DNA of 64,000 bases from Octopus vulgaris (GCA_951406725.2 OX597817.1:129518001-129582000), one strand, 5' to 3'; positions 13,522-26,713 are shown, counted from the first letter of the stretch. Made by a program: numbers and translations. The notes: generated by a model not told the origin, from the letters alone.

Positions 13522-14401
13522 TACAGAGCCAAAATTAGGGCCCAATTATATGTGTCTGTTAGTTCTGTAGTTTTTTTTATGCATGCTGTTATTATTTATA
13601 TGTCATTGATTATTCGACGTGTCGAATTTTGTGAGAGAATGCTGGCAGAAGCCAGAGAATTCAAATTTTTTGAGCGACTCATTTACTCTGATAAAGCGAC
13701 CTTGCATGATTCCGGTCAGACCAACCGCCATAACTGCTTCTATTATTCAGAATATGACCCTGAAGTGGTTTGAGGAATGCAATTCAATTCACGTTCTCTT
13801 GTCGCTTGGGCGGCGATATCGTCTTTAGGAATTTGCGCATTCCATATTCAACGAGAGGCGATGAATGGTGATCGTTATCTGGCGTTGTGTGAAAACATCA
13901 TCTGACCGTATTTTCGATACCGTCATTCCAAAATCTTTGTGCAATATGAAGCACCTCTTCATTATGACAAACATGTAAGAAACTTCCTTGATCAGCACTT
14001 ACGAAATCGTTGGATTGGATGTCGCAGCAACTTTTGTGAATATCCAGCAAGGTCTCCGGATTCAACTCCGTGTGACTTTGTTCTCTGGGATACCTCAGAG
14101 ATCAAGTCTACAAGGAAATGAATGATCCATAATTTGAACCAATTGGAACAACAAGTAACTGCATGTCTCAGTCAACTTTCTGAACAGATGTATCGAAATA
14201 CATTCGCTAGTTTGGCCAGGCGTTACGAGTCGTGCATTAGCAACGAACGGCGGTCACTTTAAATGACTTGCCAAATTGATGTTCTCTTCGTGTTTCATGT
14301 AAGATTTCTGGGTGTATTGCATGTTCATTTTTTTTCATTTTCATTACATTTCATACATTTTTCAAAAACTCAAATTGGGGCATTAATTTTGGCTCACTCT
14401 A
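13522..14401 (+). mobile_element. Degenerate Tc1/mariner-superfamily (Tc3-like) transposon
   Basis: Ends gagccaaaattagggcccaatt / aattggggcattaattttggctc; protein RWIG...YPARSPDSTPCDFVLW. Confidence 0.82.
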
Positions 14402-14553
14402 TATATACGTATTCACAATTTAGGTTAGTTGAAATATGTTTGTCACATATTTCAACTGCTAAAGGCAAATACCCTGCAGCTACCGCGGAGAAAAATATTT
14501 CAATTTAACCTAAATTGTGATTATACAATAATCACTGCTTAGCGCATTTACTC

Positions 14554-14618
<65 letters not shown>

Positions 14619-16047
14619 TATGTGTGCGATATAAGTTATAGTATTATACATATGTGTGTATGTGTAGGGAGAGAGCGAGAGAGTGTGTGTGTGTCAGCTG
14701 CTAATTCGCTGCTAATTCGAATAATAATTATTAACGTGTTAACATTTTTTAAAAATATTGCTTTAATGTACTACTGCAGAATAACCCCGGAATTTTTTCA
14801 GTGAGGTTTGTTTTGGGCCAACTCTTTGGATGTAATAGAAATGAAATCGGTCTTCCAAACCGATTGAAACTACTTAGGATAACCCCACTCCGATTGGATT
14901 ATAGATATTTTATTTAATATGTAAGTAATTATTAATGCAGTGACCTGTTAGAATCGTTACTACGCTGGGTAAAATTTTAGAGGCATACGCTAACCACAAA
15001 GCCACGTGCCTTCACCATGTATGCATTAGGCAGATGTAAAAATTACATAATGTAAATTTTTGCATCTCTCAGTGATATTTTTGATCCTCTAAATCTGCGC
15101 CCTTATTTCGTATAATTTTGTAATACACGACAAAAATAGTTATCAATGGATATACGTTGGGAGTATATGAACTTTCAGCTTTATATTTTCAAGGTAAGTG
15201 TGTAGTGAAGATATAATTAGGTTCGCTGGAAAGAGTAAGTGAGTGTAAATACCACAGGTTTACAATCAAGGATATATGAATGTTCAACAGCAATATTCTC
15301 ATGTGGATTGTACGTTAGTAACATAATAGGATCAACAACTATTTTCTCGCCATGGAAATGTTTTATATGTGAAGCAGTTATGTTATGCTGTGATTGTGTT
15401 ATGTGATTGTGTTATGCGATTGTGTTATGATGCCACGAAAGATAACTAAGCAAGTGTGTCCCAACTGGAAAGTATTTTCTAAGTCCTAAGAGTTCGTACT
15501 AAATATAGTTTATAGTAAATAAAGTGTATAAAATATACAATAGTGTTTATGATCTATAGTTGATGATTACTTTCATCAAAGTTATTAAAGGTTTATTTTA
15601 TGTTTAAAAATTGTTAGAGCACCGGAAAATGTTTTGCAGATTTGTTCCAGCTCTTCACATTCTGGGTCAAGTTCCTTCCGAATGAGTACTAGGACCGATT
15701 TAACCAACAACGCCATTCGCCCTCAAAACTTTAGGCCCTGTCTCTATGTAAACTATCATTATTTACCTAGAAATGGTAAAATCTATCATTAAAGCTGCTT
15801 ATCAGACATAAGCTCCCAAATATTATGCTGTATTCTTAATTTACGTCTCAATACTTGTTCTTTCAATTTTCCACTAGCCTAAAGAAAGAAATTTTCAGAA
15901 ATTTATAACATAATTACTTTACTTTACGCAAGCTGAAATCTAACAAATGTATAAATATAATCATTCTGACGAATTTTACTTTCTAGTAGTTTTTAATCGA
16001 AACATCATATCTTCTGAAATAAAATAATTCTGCTTGCTATTTTTCAG

Positions 16048-16086
16048 AGTCCAAAACGGAGGAGACAATTACTTCCAATGAACGTG
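16048..16086 (+). CDS. Micro-exon 5 (39 nt); KSKTEETITSNER
   Basis: ttgctatttttcag acceptor, gtatgc donor; paralogous with exon 6 in a ~450 bp duplication. Confidence 0.75.
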
Positions 16087-16494
16087 GTATGCTAATAAAT
16101 CCATTTATACAGTATTTATAATTGTCTTCTGAAATGAAAAAGAATTTTCAGAAAATTTATCTTCTTCCCTGTAAGACCTAAATGCAACAATATTTTCTCT
16201 TATAAGTATTGATTAATAACATAGACAGCAGTATTGGATTTTAAGGCAATAATTCAGGCTGTTTTCTAATATAAACAAAACATACGTGTCTTTAGAAAGC
16301 ATAGATTTATGTCAACCAATACCTAAAGCACAAGTTCTCTAATTTTTCAGGAAGTGTACAGCTGACTATATGGGTCAGAAAATTTGCATAGTACTTATTT
16401 TATCCAGAAGGGTTCATCCTGGTAAATTTTACTTTCATGTAGTCTTCATTAATTCTCATTGAAATATTAAAAAATGCCTACTTTCTATTTTCAG

Positions 16495-16533
16495 AGCCCG
16501 AACGTGTGGGAAAGACAGTAATCAGTGAAAATG
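16495..16533 (+). CDS. Micro-exon 6 (39 nt); EPERVGKTVISEN
   Basis: ctttctattttcag acceptor, gtgcgt donor; same length and flanks as exon 5. Confidence 0.75.
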
Positions 16534-17264
16534 GTGCGTTAATAATTCATTTATATTATATTTGTTATTGCATTCTGAGAGTAAAGAAAATTTGTAGAAA
16601 ATATATCTTATAAAACCTAAATGCAACATTATCTTCTCTTATTGATATAGATTTGTAACTGACAAAAGATCCTTCGCTTTGTAAGGCAATAATTCAAACC
16701 TATTTCTAACATAGGCAAAAAATGTCTGTCTTTGTAAAACAACCATTTGTACTGATTCATAGCAAAAAACAACTCGGAATCTCAAACTTTAGGATAGGAT
16801 TATTGTCAATTACATCACCTTGGCCAGTACTTTGATTTTAAAGATTCCGAAATCATAAAAGGATTTGAATCAGAACTTAAAAGACAATGACTAAATATAA
16901 AAGCGCATTTTGGCAGACGATCTACCGATTTTACGCAATTAAGGCTGGGATTATTGTTGATTTCTAACAATGACAAGATATTGATATATTTGTAATTCAA
17001 GGATTAAAGTTGATTGCAAATACAGACAAAACGTTGGTGTCTTTGTAAGATAATAATAAATAATGTTATCTAACTCAGACAATAGCAACAGAAGCAAAAG
17101 ACCACCAGTGACTTGCTCATACTTGCTTCAGCTCACCCAGCGAGAGTGTAACACAAAACCTAAAGAGATAAAGCCAAATACTGCAAAATCTCCCATTAGG
17201 CAGATCTATCGGTTTCACCATGCAGAGCAGTCAGAGAAATACTAAATACTAGCAGAGTTACCCA

Positions 17265-18020
17265 GCGTTGCCCATATATCAAACATGTAGAAACATTTTT
17301 GGTAAACTTAAAGGATTTAACTTCTGGACAATTTTACGTGGCGCTTTTTTGTGTCACCATGTTTGCATATATTTTTATTATAATACAGATACATGTCTAA
17401 AGTTAAGCATTTTTGGTTTTTATGATGACGAAACTTTTGAGACTGCATTTATTGATATTTTTAATTTAGTGAGTTACGAATATACCATCTTTAAGTCTAA
17501 CTTAAATAGTTTCTTGATATTTTAAATTAATACACGACACATAAAACAGAAGCAGTTCTACGAGAAATGTAAAATATTCAGCAAAGCCTACAAAAATATT
17601 GTCTTTATGCAGTTTGGGGATCTGATGAAAAGATAACTGCTTTGAGGATCACATGAGCATGCAAAATAAAATTGCACGTGGGAAAAATATGGACTCGTAA
17701 GTTCAACACCAGAAACCTTGAGGAACTGCTTGTGGGACTTATTAATGGTCATCAAAAATAATCAAATATTGAAGCGCTATCGTTTTTAAAATTCGTAATT
17801 CAAAAATTCATATCTTAGAATGACAAAATTAAAATTATCAATAAAGACCCCGAAAGCTTTATACATCATAGAAACCATAAAATATTTAACCTTAGACATG
17901 TAAATTCATTAAAAAATATGAGCAAATATAATTAAAAACAAATCCACTATATAAAATCTTGCTATAACTTAAGTCATTTAATTTTAATAAAAATACTTTT
18001 ACATATATGGCACCCGGGTA
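17265..18020. repeat. Old foldback/MITE-like inverted repeat
   Basis: acatgtctaaagttaa..ggtttttatgatg..tttattgata vs tatcaataaa..catcatagaaacc..ttaaccttagacatgt. Confidence 0.6.
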
Positions 18021-18095
18021 TTGTCAGATACCGCAGTTAGTACCTTTTAGATCTGTAATTTTGAAAACGATAGTTTATATTTGGAACAACGCTCC

Positions 18096-18126
<31 letters not shown>

Positions 18127-18225
18127 AAAAAAACAACTTAGGGAATAATAAGTATTCCAGGTTATCAGGACATTTACTATTTTACACTTTACTAATTCAA
18201 TGTAAACAGCATCATTTATAATATT

Positions 18226-19045
18226 ATTACAAATTTGGGATTTTACCAATAGAACCAAAACTCCTATTTCAGGACAACCTTATTGTCTGGAATACACATA
18301 GAAAGTTATATCCTATATAATAATAAAATATAAGCATTTTAAAACCAACTATAAAGTACAATAAAATTATTTAAAAAACTTATTTATAAAATATTTGAAA
18401 AAATATATATACTTTACCTGTTATTAGTCTGTGGGGAAAGAAGATATTTTTAATCAACGCGACACGTGTTTCTGCGCTGGTGGGGAGTTTTCCCAGGCTA
18501 TACCTATTACTTAAATCCACCAGTGAGTCCTCAGGCTATTTATCTTATTGATATTATTATTAACGGATCAAAGTTAAAACTACATATTCTAATACATATT
18601 AAATAGAAAAATTAGAATATAAATAAAAATATAATTAAAATATATAACTTAAAATATATTCTTAAAAATTAAATGATTAAAAAATTTAAAAAGCTAACAA
18701 ATTAATAAAGATTGATAAAATTAAACACTGGTAGATTTATGTAATAGGTAGATTTATGTAATAGGTATAACCTGGAAAAATACAGCACCAGTGCAGAAAC
18801 ACGTGTAGTGTTGATTGAAAATATCTTCTTTCCTCAGAGACTAATAACAGATAAGATATATATATTTTTACAAATATTTTATAGATACCTTTTTTAAATA
18901 ATTTTATTGTACTTCATGGTAGATTTTAAAATGCTTATATCATTTTATTATTATATAGGATATAACTTTCTATGTGTATTCCAGACAATAAGGTTGTCCT
19001 GAAATAGGAGTTGCGGTTCTATTGGTAAAATCTCAAATTTGTAAT
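18226..19045. repeat. Inverted repeat, ~300-bp arms with ~200-bp AT-rich spacer (PLE-end-like)
   Basis: ctcctatttcaggacaaccttattgtctggaatacacatagaaag vs its reverse complement at ~18966-19010. Confidence 0.88.
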
Positions 19046-19074
19046 TATATATATATATATATATATTGTATAAA

Positions 19075-19983
19075 GGATCGTGGGTAAGGCAAAATCAATG
19101 CGAAGTAAATGCAAGGTAAATCACAAGAAAACAAATATGTGAATTAATGTAGACTTACCTTGTATTCAATATTTCGAGGTTATGACCCCATTTTCAAGAA
19201 ATTGACGATTGTTGCCTATGTGCGTGTGTGTGAGGGTGTGTGGAGTGGACATGTGCAGAGAGGTGTTGCTATAGCAACCAGCTAGCTTCCTGTAACTCTT
19301 TTCTATTGTTGATCTTAGGTTTCTTTTGGTGTGTGAGGATGGCCTCAGAGATGTGCACTGTGAACTCCAGGGTCTGGAATTTCCATAGACGCTTCTTCAC
19401 GGAAGTGTCTGCCTGCATGTGTAGGATGCGCCACATTTGCCACAGATGGTCTCATATACAACATAGGTCCCCTGGCACAATTCAGGGTCATTGATGGGGC
19501 AGTTCGATAATGTGCACTCCTCGGAGTAGTGAGAGGTGTTGTTCTTGGATAGAGCTTTTCTCAGGGAAGGGCCGGTGTACTCTATCTGTATGTCGAGTCT
19601 TTCCCTGTGGACTGCGTGTTGAATCGCTGCAGTATTTCTGTCGTCAAAGTGCGGTAGCTTTAGAAAGCACGTGCCGGACTTGAGAGTATGATGGTTTCCT
19701 AGGGTTTATTGACCTTGATGTTATTTGGGCGCCGTTGTTTAGCTAAAGATGGTGGGTAGCCATTCAGGGTTAGGTCTCTGAGGAACAGTTTGGTGTTGAT
19801 GGCGTTGTTGGTCACGTTGCTGCAATTGTTGTTTATACGTGCAATCTCGTTTCTCTCAAAGCCGCATTTGTGAGAAATGAGATTGCACGTATAAACAACA
19901 ATTGCAGCAACGTGACCAACAACGCCATCAACACCAAACTGTTCCTCAGAGACCTAACCCTGAATGGCTACCCACCATCTTTA
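19075..19983 (-). mobile_element. Penelope-like 3' fragment ending in a snap-back palindrome
   Basis: LTLNGYPP-like RT C-terminal residues, hammerhead-like gaaatattg motif at ~19165-19205, terminal hairpin. Confidence 0.6.
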
Positions 19984-20012
19984 TACAATATATATATATG
20001 TATATATATATA

Positions 20013-20432
20013 GTTACTCTTTTACTCTTTTACTTGTTTCAGTCATTTGACTCTGGCCATTCTGGAGCACCGCCTTTTAGTCGAGCAAATCGACCCCGGG
20101 ACTTATTCTTTGTAAGCCTAGTATTTATTCTATCGGTGTCTTTTGCCGAACCGCTAAGTGACGGGGACGTAAACACACCAGCATCGGTTGTCAAGCAATG
20201 CTAGAGGGACAAACACACACACACAAACATATACATACAAATACATATACATATATATATATACATATATACGACAGGCTTCTTTGAGTTTCCATCTACC
20301 AAATCCACTCACAAGGCTTTGGTCGGCCCGAGGCTACAGCAGAAGACACTTGCCCAAGATGCCACGCAGTGGGACTGAAACCGGAACCATGTGGTTGGTT
20401 AGCAAGCTACTTACTACACAGCCACTCCTGTG

Positions 20433-20434
<2 letters not shown>
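20013..20434 (-). mobile_element. SINE family A, full length
   Basis: Reverse complement of the 21151 copy. Confidence 0.9.
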
Positions 20435-20508
<74 letters not shown>

Positions 20509-20674
20509 CATACATACATACATACATACATACATACATACATACATACATACATACATACATAGAGATATACATACATACATACATACATACATACATA
20601 CATACATACATACATACATACATACATACATACATACATACATACATACGCATGTACTTTCTCCCATACATATA

Positions 20675-20892
20675 CGAAGGAGTTCCTGAAATGTTTCTGA
20701 CTTTGGGTAAAAAAAAATACAGGTGCATCAGTTAAATATGATTCTATTGAACATACTCCCCTCACAGTTTCCCACGCTTATTGCAGCGATCCTTCAGTTT
20801 TTTAAGCCCTGTAAAAAGAACTCAAAAGGTTGGGCCTCCAACCAGGCCTTTCATTCAACCCTTAAAGGCAGGAACTTTTCAGCACCCCCTCG
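20675..20892. mobile_element. Mariner-derived MITE
   Basis: ta-cgaaggagttcctgaaatgtt ... aacttttcagcaccccctcg-ta. Confidence 0.65.
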
Positions 20893-21150
20893 TATGCGTA
20901 TAAGTATGTAAAGGAGGTAGAGAGAGAGAGAGAGATTAAGACTGAAGAAAAAATCGGTTTAGCCCACAAACGGCAGTGTCTCTGTACGTCACCCTAATTC
21001 TCCTACTAACCTACTTCTCAACTGCAATTTTTATTCTCTCTGCATCCTTTTTCTATCTCTGTAAAACCCCAAAGATGTCTTCGTCCGAATTATTCTGCTT
21101 CATGAATTATTCTGGGAAACATGAGAATAGTTCTGAGAAAGTTCATAGAG

Positions 21151-21557
21151 GGCGCAGGAGTGGCTGTGTGGTAAGTAGCTTGTTTACCAACCACATGGTT
21201 CCGGGTTCAGTCCCACTGCGTGACACCTTGGGCAAGTGTCTTCTACTATAGCCTCGGGCCGATCAAAGCCCTGTGAGTGGATTTGGTAGACGGAAACTGA
21301 AAGAAGCCCGTCGTATATATGTATATATATATGAGTGTATGTGTGTCTGTGTTTGTCCCCCTAGCATTGCTTGACAACCGATGCTGGTGTGTTTATGTCC
21401 CCGTTTCTTAGTAGTTCGGCAAAAGAGACCGATAGAATAAGTACTGAGCTTACAAAAGAATAAGTCCCGTGATCGAATTGCTCGATTAAAGGCGGTGCTC
21501 CAGCATGGCCGCAGTCAAATGACTGAAACAAGTAAAAGAGTAAAAGAGTAAAGAGAG
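21151..21557 (+). mobile_element. tRNA-derived SINE family A, full length
   Basis: Head ggcgcaggagtggctgtgtggtaag...ggttcagtccc, internal microsatellite, (aaaagagt)n tail. Confidence 0.9.
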
Positions 21558-21680
21558 AGGTTCGTTAAGATATAGCGACGATATTTCAAGACAAACTTTA
21601 AGAAATCTTGTCACTGAGATATTGACTATTATAGGTTGTCTTTGTTTTCATAATTTACCATGTTATTTCTTTTATCCTAG

Positions 21681-21830
21681 GCACTCATACCAATCACGCT
21701 GCCCATGCAAACGGTACTGCCCATGCAAACAGTACTGCATCAAAAAATGATACCTCACATACTGGCCCTATGAAAGGTACCACACATGCAAAAGGCTCTG
21801 CAGCTGCAAAAGACAGTGCAGATACAAAAA
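21681..21830 (+). CDS. Exon 7 (150 nt, phase 1-1); GTHTNHAAHANGTAHANSTASKNDTSHTGPMKGTTHAKGSAAAKDSADTK
   Basis: atgttatttcttttatcctag acceptor, gtaagttcatatat donor, open frame with an internal 18-nt repeat. Confidence 0.85.
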
Positions 21831-22067
21831 GTAAGTTCATATATATACATAGCTCAAATTTACAGGACATAAAAGACGAAGGCAGGTGAAGGAATAACAA
21901 GCAAGTGCATTAGCTTGACGCTCGTGAAGAATGGAAATGTCTTTGACGTTTCGAGCTTATGCTCTTTGACAGAAAGGTATGAGATGTAAAAAAGTGGAGA
22001 GAGAACGAAAAATTGGAGAGAGAAAAAAAATGTGTAGAGATTAACATATATATGTGTGTGTGTATAA

Positions 22068-22122
<55 letters not shown>

Positions 22123-22376
22123 CGTGTGTGTATACATACATACATATATATATATACATGTGTACAACTGGTTCCTTTCAGTTTCCACGTAGCAAATTCA
22201 CTCACAAGGCTTTGGACAACCAGAGACTAATAAAAGATACTTTCCCAAGGTGTCATTTAACAGAGCTGAACCTGGAATCATACAGCTGGGTAGCATAACG
22301 TCTCACCACACAACTACGCCTGCGCCTGTGTGTGTACGTGTGCGCGCGTGTGTGTGTGTGTTTGGGCATGCGTTCA

Positions 22377-22409
<33 letters not shown>

Positions 22410-22573
22410 GATTCTAACAATTAAATTTGACACACTGAAAAACTGTATTTAATCACGTGATATCCGTATTTCAAAGTCATATATGCTTGTTTTCTCTCTT
22501 GTCTTTGCTGTTTTGTATTTGTGGCTGTTCTGTCGCCGTGATTTAGAGATTTCTTGACTTTTCATTCACTGGA

Positions 22574-22644
<71 letters not shown>

Positions 22645-23074
22645 TAGTACGTTACAGAGTTAATGTATTAGTAAAGAAACTCTGCTTTCGCTAATGCATT
22701 AGCTCTTTTGAAAGTAAATTTATATTTTGCAGATATTTGCGGATATTTAGGATAGTTCTCTATGTTGCTATTGTTCGAGATACATTTGATTCATACAGTC
22801 ACTATAATATATTAATTTCTAATATAGGCACAACACAATTTGTAGCGAGAAACTATCAATGTTGTTGACGCTTATCAATTGAGAGTTCAGTCGTAATTTT
22901 GTCATCCCTAGAAGGAAGAAATGCTAAAAATATTGACTCCGATGTGGATGAAAATCAGAGCTTAAAAGTTGTCTAAACATTAGATGGTATTTGCGCTGCA
23001 TCGCGCTTTAAAAAAAATTAACTATCATGGTCTTTATTTTCAAACGTTACGTGTGTTATTTCGTCTAATTTCAG

Positions 23075-23113
23075 ATCCTTCCGAAACATCAGATGCCACT
23101 ACTGTAGCAGCGA
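23075..23113 (+). CDS. Micro-exon 8 (39 nt); NPSETSDATTVAA
   Basis: gtgttatttcgtctaatttcag acceptor, gtaagatgacatat donor. Confidence 0.82.
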
Positions 23114-23120
23114 GTAAGAT

Positions 23121-23157
<37 letters not shown>

Positions 23158-23242
23158 TTATTTATTTATTTATATTCATTATACGGAACATTTGTGTGTG
23201 TGTGTGTGTATGTATGTAGGTATGTATGTATGTGTGTATATA

Positions 23243-24198
23243 CGAGAAGGTACCCAAAATAACCGGAAACGTTCTCTGTTGGACAAGCCCGTTGTAATTC
23301 AGGATTCCGCCACTTGATGCAACCCTCAGGCATTTGTCTGTCGACTTGCAGCATCCATTGAGGTCGTATTGCGTTGTTGTTTTGCAGTGCATCTCCCTTG
23401 TTCGTCGATTTTTGTGATGGCTGAAACGAAGGAACAGCATACTCCTGTGAAATTCTATTTACTGCTGGGGAAAATAACAGCCGAAACAGTTGTCATTCTT
23501 CAAACAGCTTACAAGGACGCTGCTACGAGCAAAACACCAAGTTTACGACAGGTTTTCATGCTTTAGGAATGGTTACTTGTTGCATGAAGACCAACCTCGT
23601 TCAAGGCAAGCGACGACCTCCTGAATGAATGAAAGCATTAAGAAAATTCATGAATTGATTTTGAAACACCGCCGCCGAACAATTAACGACCTTGTTGATA
23701 TGACTGGTGTGTTCTGGAGCTCCTGCCAGCGAATTTTGAGCGAGGAATTGCAAGTGAAAAGAGTTGCGGCAAAATTTGTGCCTCGCTTACACACGGAATT
23801 GTGAGACAGTTTTTTACCGCTTACCCACCTTCCCTATTCACCCGATCTTGCTCCCTATGACTTTTTTGTTCCCCCGAATGCAAAAAGTAATTAAAGGAAT
23901 ACGTTTTGTAGATGTGTAAGAGGTGAAAAAGAAAACGACGGCGACGTTAAAAAGCATCACTTTGCAAGGGTTCCAACACTGCTTCGAACAGTGGAAAATG
24001 CGTTTGAACCGATAAATCGCTTCAAACAGTGGAAAACGCGTTTGGACTGATAAATCGCTTCGAACAGTGGAAAACGCGTCTGGACCGATAAATCGCTTCA
24101 AACGGATAATACTTTGAAGGCGATAAAAGTGTAAACATGTAAAACTAAATTAATAAAATAATATTGCAAAATTCCGATTTCTTTTGGATAGCTCTTCG
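23243..24198 (+). mobile_element. Internally deleted mariner with a 3x ~40-bp internal tandem repeat (23980-24100)
   Basis: TA-flanked TIR-like ends cgagaaggtacccaaaa / ttttggatagctcttcg; AETVVILQTAY and HLPYSPDLAPYDF motifs. Confidence 0.85.
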
Positions 24199-24650
24199 TA
24201 TATATATATGTGAAGGTGCGTTCCCTAGAGGTTTGGGTGTTGCAATCACAATCGCTAGACCGTGGGTTCAATTCCCAAGCCAAGTGGCGCGTTGTGTTCT
24301 TGGGAAAAACTCTTCATTTCACGTTGCTTTCCGTTTGCAATCATTTCGACAGCCGACGTGTGGCACACTTGTGCATCTGTACAAGGAATGTCGATTTGAT
24401 GGCGTGTGTCAGCTAATATACAGAACATACATTTGATCATTATAAATAAATCATTTCTCAAAAGTGCTGAGTTCTTGTTACAAGGCTTAAAAAACTGAAG
24501 GATCGCTACCAATTGCGCACGGGAGTCGATGTAATTGACTATTCCCTTCCCACTAAATTTCAGGCCTACAGTAGAAAAGTTGGGTGGGTAGATTGGCAGA
24601 AGAATTGGAGTATTTGGCAAAATAACTTTCGGTATTTAGTTACGACTTTT

Positions 24651-25295
24651 AAGGCGGTGGGCTGCCAGAATCGTTAGCATGCCGGGCGAAATGCGTCGCC
24701 GTATTTCGTCTGCCGTTACGTTCTGAGTTCAAATTCCGCCGAGGTCGACTTTGCCTTTCATCCTTTCGAGGTCGATAAATTTAGTACCAGTTGCTCACTG
24801 GGGTCGATATAATCGACTTAATCCGTTTGTCTGTCCTCGTTTGTCCTCTCTGTGTTTAGTCCCTTGTGAGTAATAAAGAAATAGGCATTTCATCTGCTGC
24901 AACGTTCTGAGTTGAAATTCCGCCGAGGTCGACTTTGCCTTTCATCCTTTCTAGGTCGATAAATTAAGTACCAGTTGAGTACTGGGGTCAATGTGTTCGA
25001 CTGCCCCCCCCAAAGAAAAAATCCAGGGCTCGTAGACAGGATTACTTTTATTACTACTATTATCATTATGGCGGCGAACTGGTAGAATTGTTAGCACACT
25101 GGATGAAATGTTTAGAATTATTTCGCCCGTCGCTACGGTCTTAGTTCAAATTCCACGGAGGTCGACTTTGCCTTTCGTCCTTTTGGGGTTGATAACTTAA
25201 GTACTAGTTGCGTACTGGGGTCGATCTAAACGACTGCCCCCCCCTCTCCCAAAATTTCAGGCTTTGTGCCTATAATAGAAAGGATTATTATTATA

Positions 25296-25337
<42 letters not shown>

Positions 25338-25562
25338 GTTATTATTATTATTAAGACGGCGTCCCGGCAGAATCGTTGACACGCCGAGTAAAATGCTTAG
25401 CGGCATTTCGGCCGTTTTTACGTTCTGAGTTCAAATTCCGCCGCGGTTGACCTTACTTTTTATCGTTCGGGGTCGATAAATTAAGTAGTAGTTGCGTACT
25501 GGAGTCGATTTAATGGACTGGCCTTCTCCCCAAAACTTTCTAGCCTTGTGTCTAGAGTAGAA
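24651..25562 (+). mobile_element. Head-to-tail cluster of ~4 family B SINEs with (ATT)n tails
   Basis: Repeated gttctgagttcaaattccgccgaggtcgactttgcctttcatcctttcggggtcgataaattaagtaccagtt core. Confidence 0.88.
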
Positions 25563-25563
25563 A

Positions 25564-25627
<64 letters not shown>

Positions 25628-25677
25628 GCTTGTAGAGTTTATTGTATAGTATATTGTGTTTTTCTTTCTCTTTGTAG

Positions 25678-25716
25678 AACCCCAATTATTCGGACGTTTT
25701 GCTTCTGGTGAAAACG
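25678..25716 (+). CDS. Micro-exon 9 (39 nt); KPQLFGRFASGEN
   Basis: tttttctttctctttgtag acceptor, gtacgt donor; ends ...EN-G like exons 1, 6 and 18. Confidence 0.75.
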
Positions 25717-25857
25717 GTACGTCGTTAATTCATATATACAATATTCATGTCGTTGATTGGTGAAAGAGATCTAGAAAATATATTTCCCTTCCAAAAACTA
25801 TAATGCATGCATATTATTCCGAAATCTGCCTGAGACAGGAATATATATACATTCATG

Positions 25858-25920
<63 letters not shown>

Positions 25921-26578
25921 TGCGCGTGTGTGTGTGTGTGTGTGCATGTATGTTTGTGTGTATGTGTAGATAAATTATAGAAAATGGAATGAATGATATT
26001 CATTATTTAAAAATTGTTTTGATAAATTTTTACACCTGTAGTACAGCACTAAGATGTTGTGTAATCATTATCACGCGTCCAAGGTGTAAAATATACAACT
26101 TTTCAGGTGATTGTTTAAATAGGTTCTTCATTAGACCCTACCGTCAGTCGACTTAGTGTGAGGTTGCATACCCAAAGGGATGTATCATTTTAACTTACTT
26201 CAGCGCATTTCGCTGTTTTGTAAAAACAATTAATGTTTGAAACTTTATTGACAGAATCTGCTAATTTTACTTTAATCTTTATCATATTGGATGTAAGAAG
26301 CATATGCGTGTGTATATACCAAACTATATGCATTACCCGATATGTGGGTTCTACCTAAGCTAACAATTATGTCAGAAGTGTATATGTACCCATATATAAA
26401 AAATAAATGCGTAGGTATATTCTATCTCCTCTCGTAGCTCTGTAGCTCATACCTAATAATACTACTCAATATAGAAATTACTTAACTATACGGGAAGCAG
26501 GTTGGATTTGGATAATCTACGTCGAACATAACGGTAGCAGTCGTACATCTAAATGTAAGCACAATTTCTACTATATAA

Positions 26579-26713
<135 letters not shown>

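Larger units (their letters stand above)
16005..16740 (+). repeat. Older two-copy tandem duplication (~450 bp period) carrying exons 5 and 6
   Basis: cctaaatgcaaca...taaggcaataattca...tgtcttt occurs at both ~16177-16295 and ~16616-16735. Confidence 0.8.

Noticed and set aside
15179-15193. Possible 15-nt phase-1 micro-exon (cag-CTTTATATTTTCAAG-gtaagt)
   Set aside because: Weak pyrimidine tract, no family flank motif and atypical peptide; cannot be distinguished from chance without RNA data
17063-17245. Short ORF with a possible acceptor at 17078
   Set aside because: Nearest GT gives 29 nt (not 3n) and there is no consensus donor; unsupported
21151-21225. tRNA-like A/B box sequence
   Set aside because: Head of a multi-copy SINE, not a tRNA gene
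23980-24100. Three ~40-bp direct repeats resembling a CRISPR array
   Set aside because: No unique spacers; tandem duplication within a mariner in eukaryotic DNA
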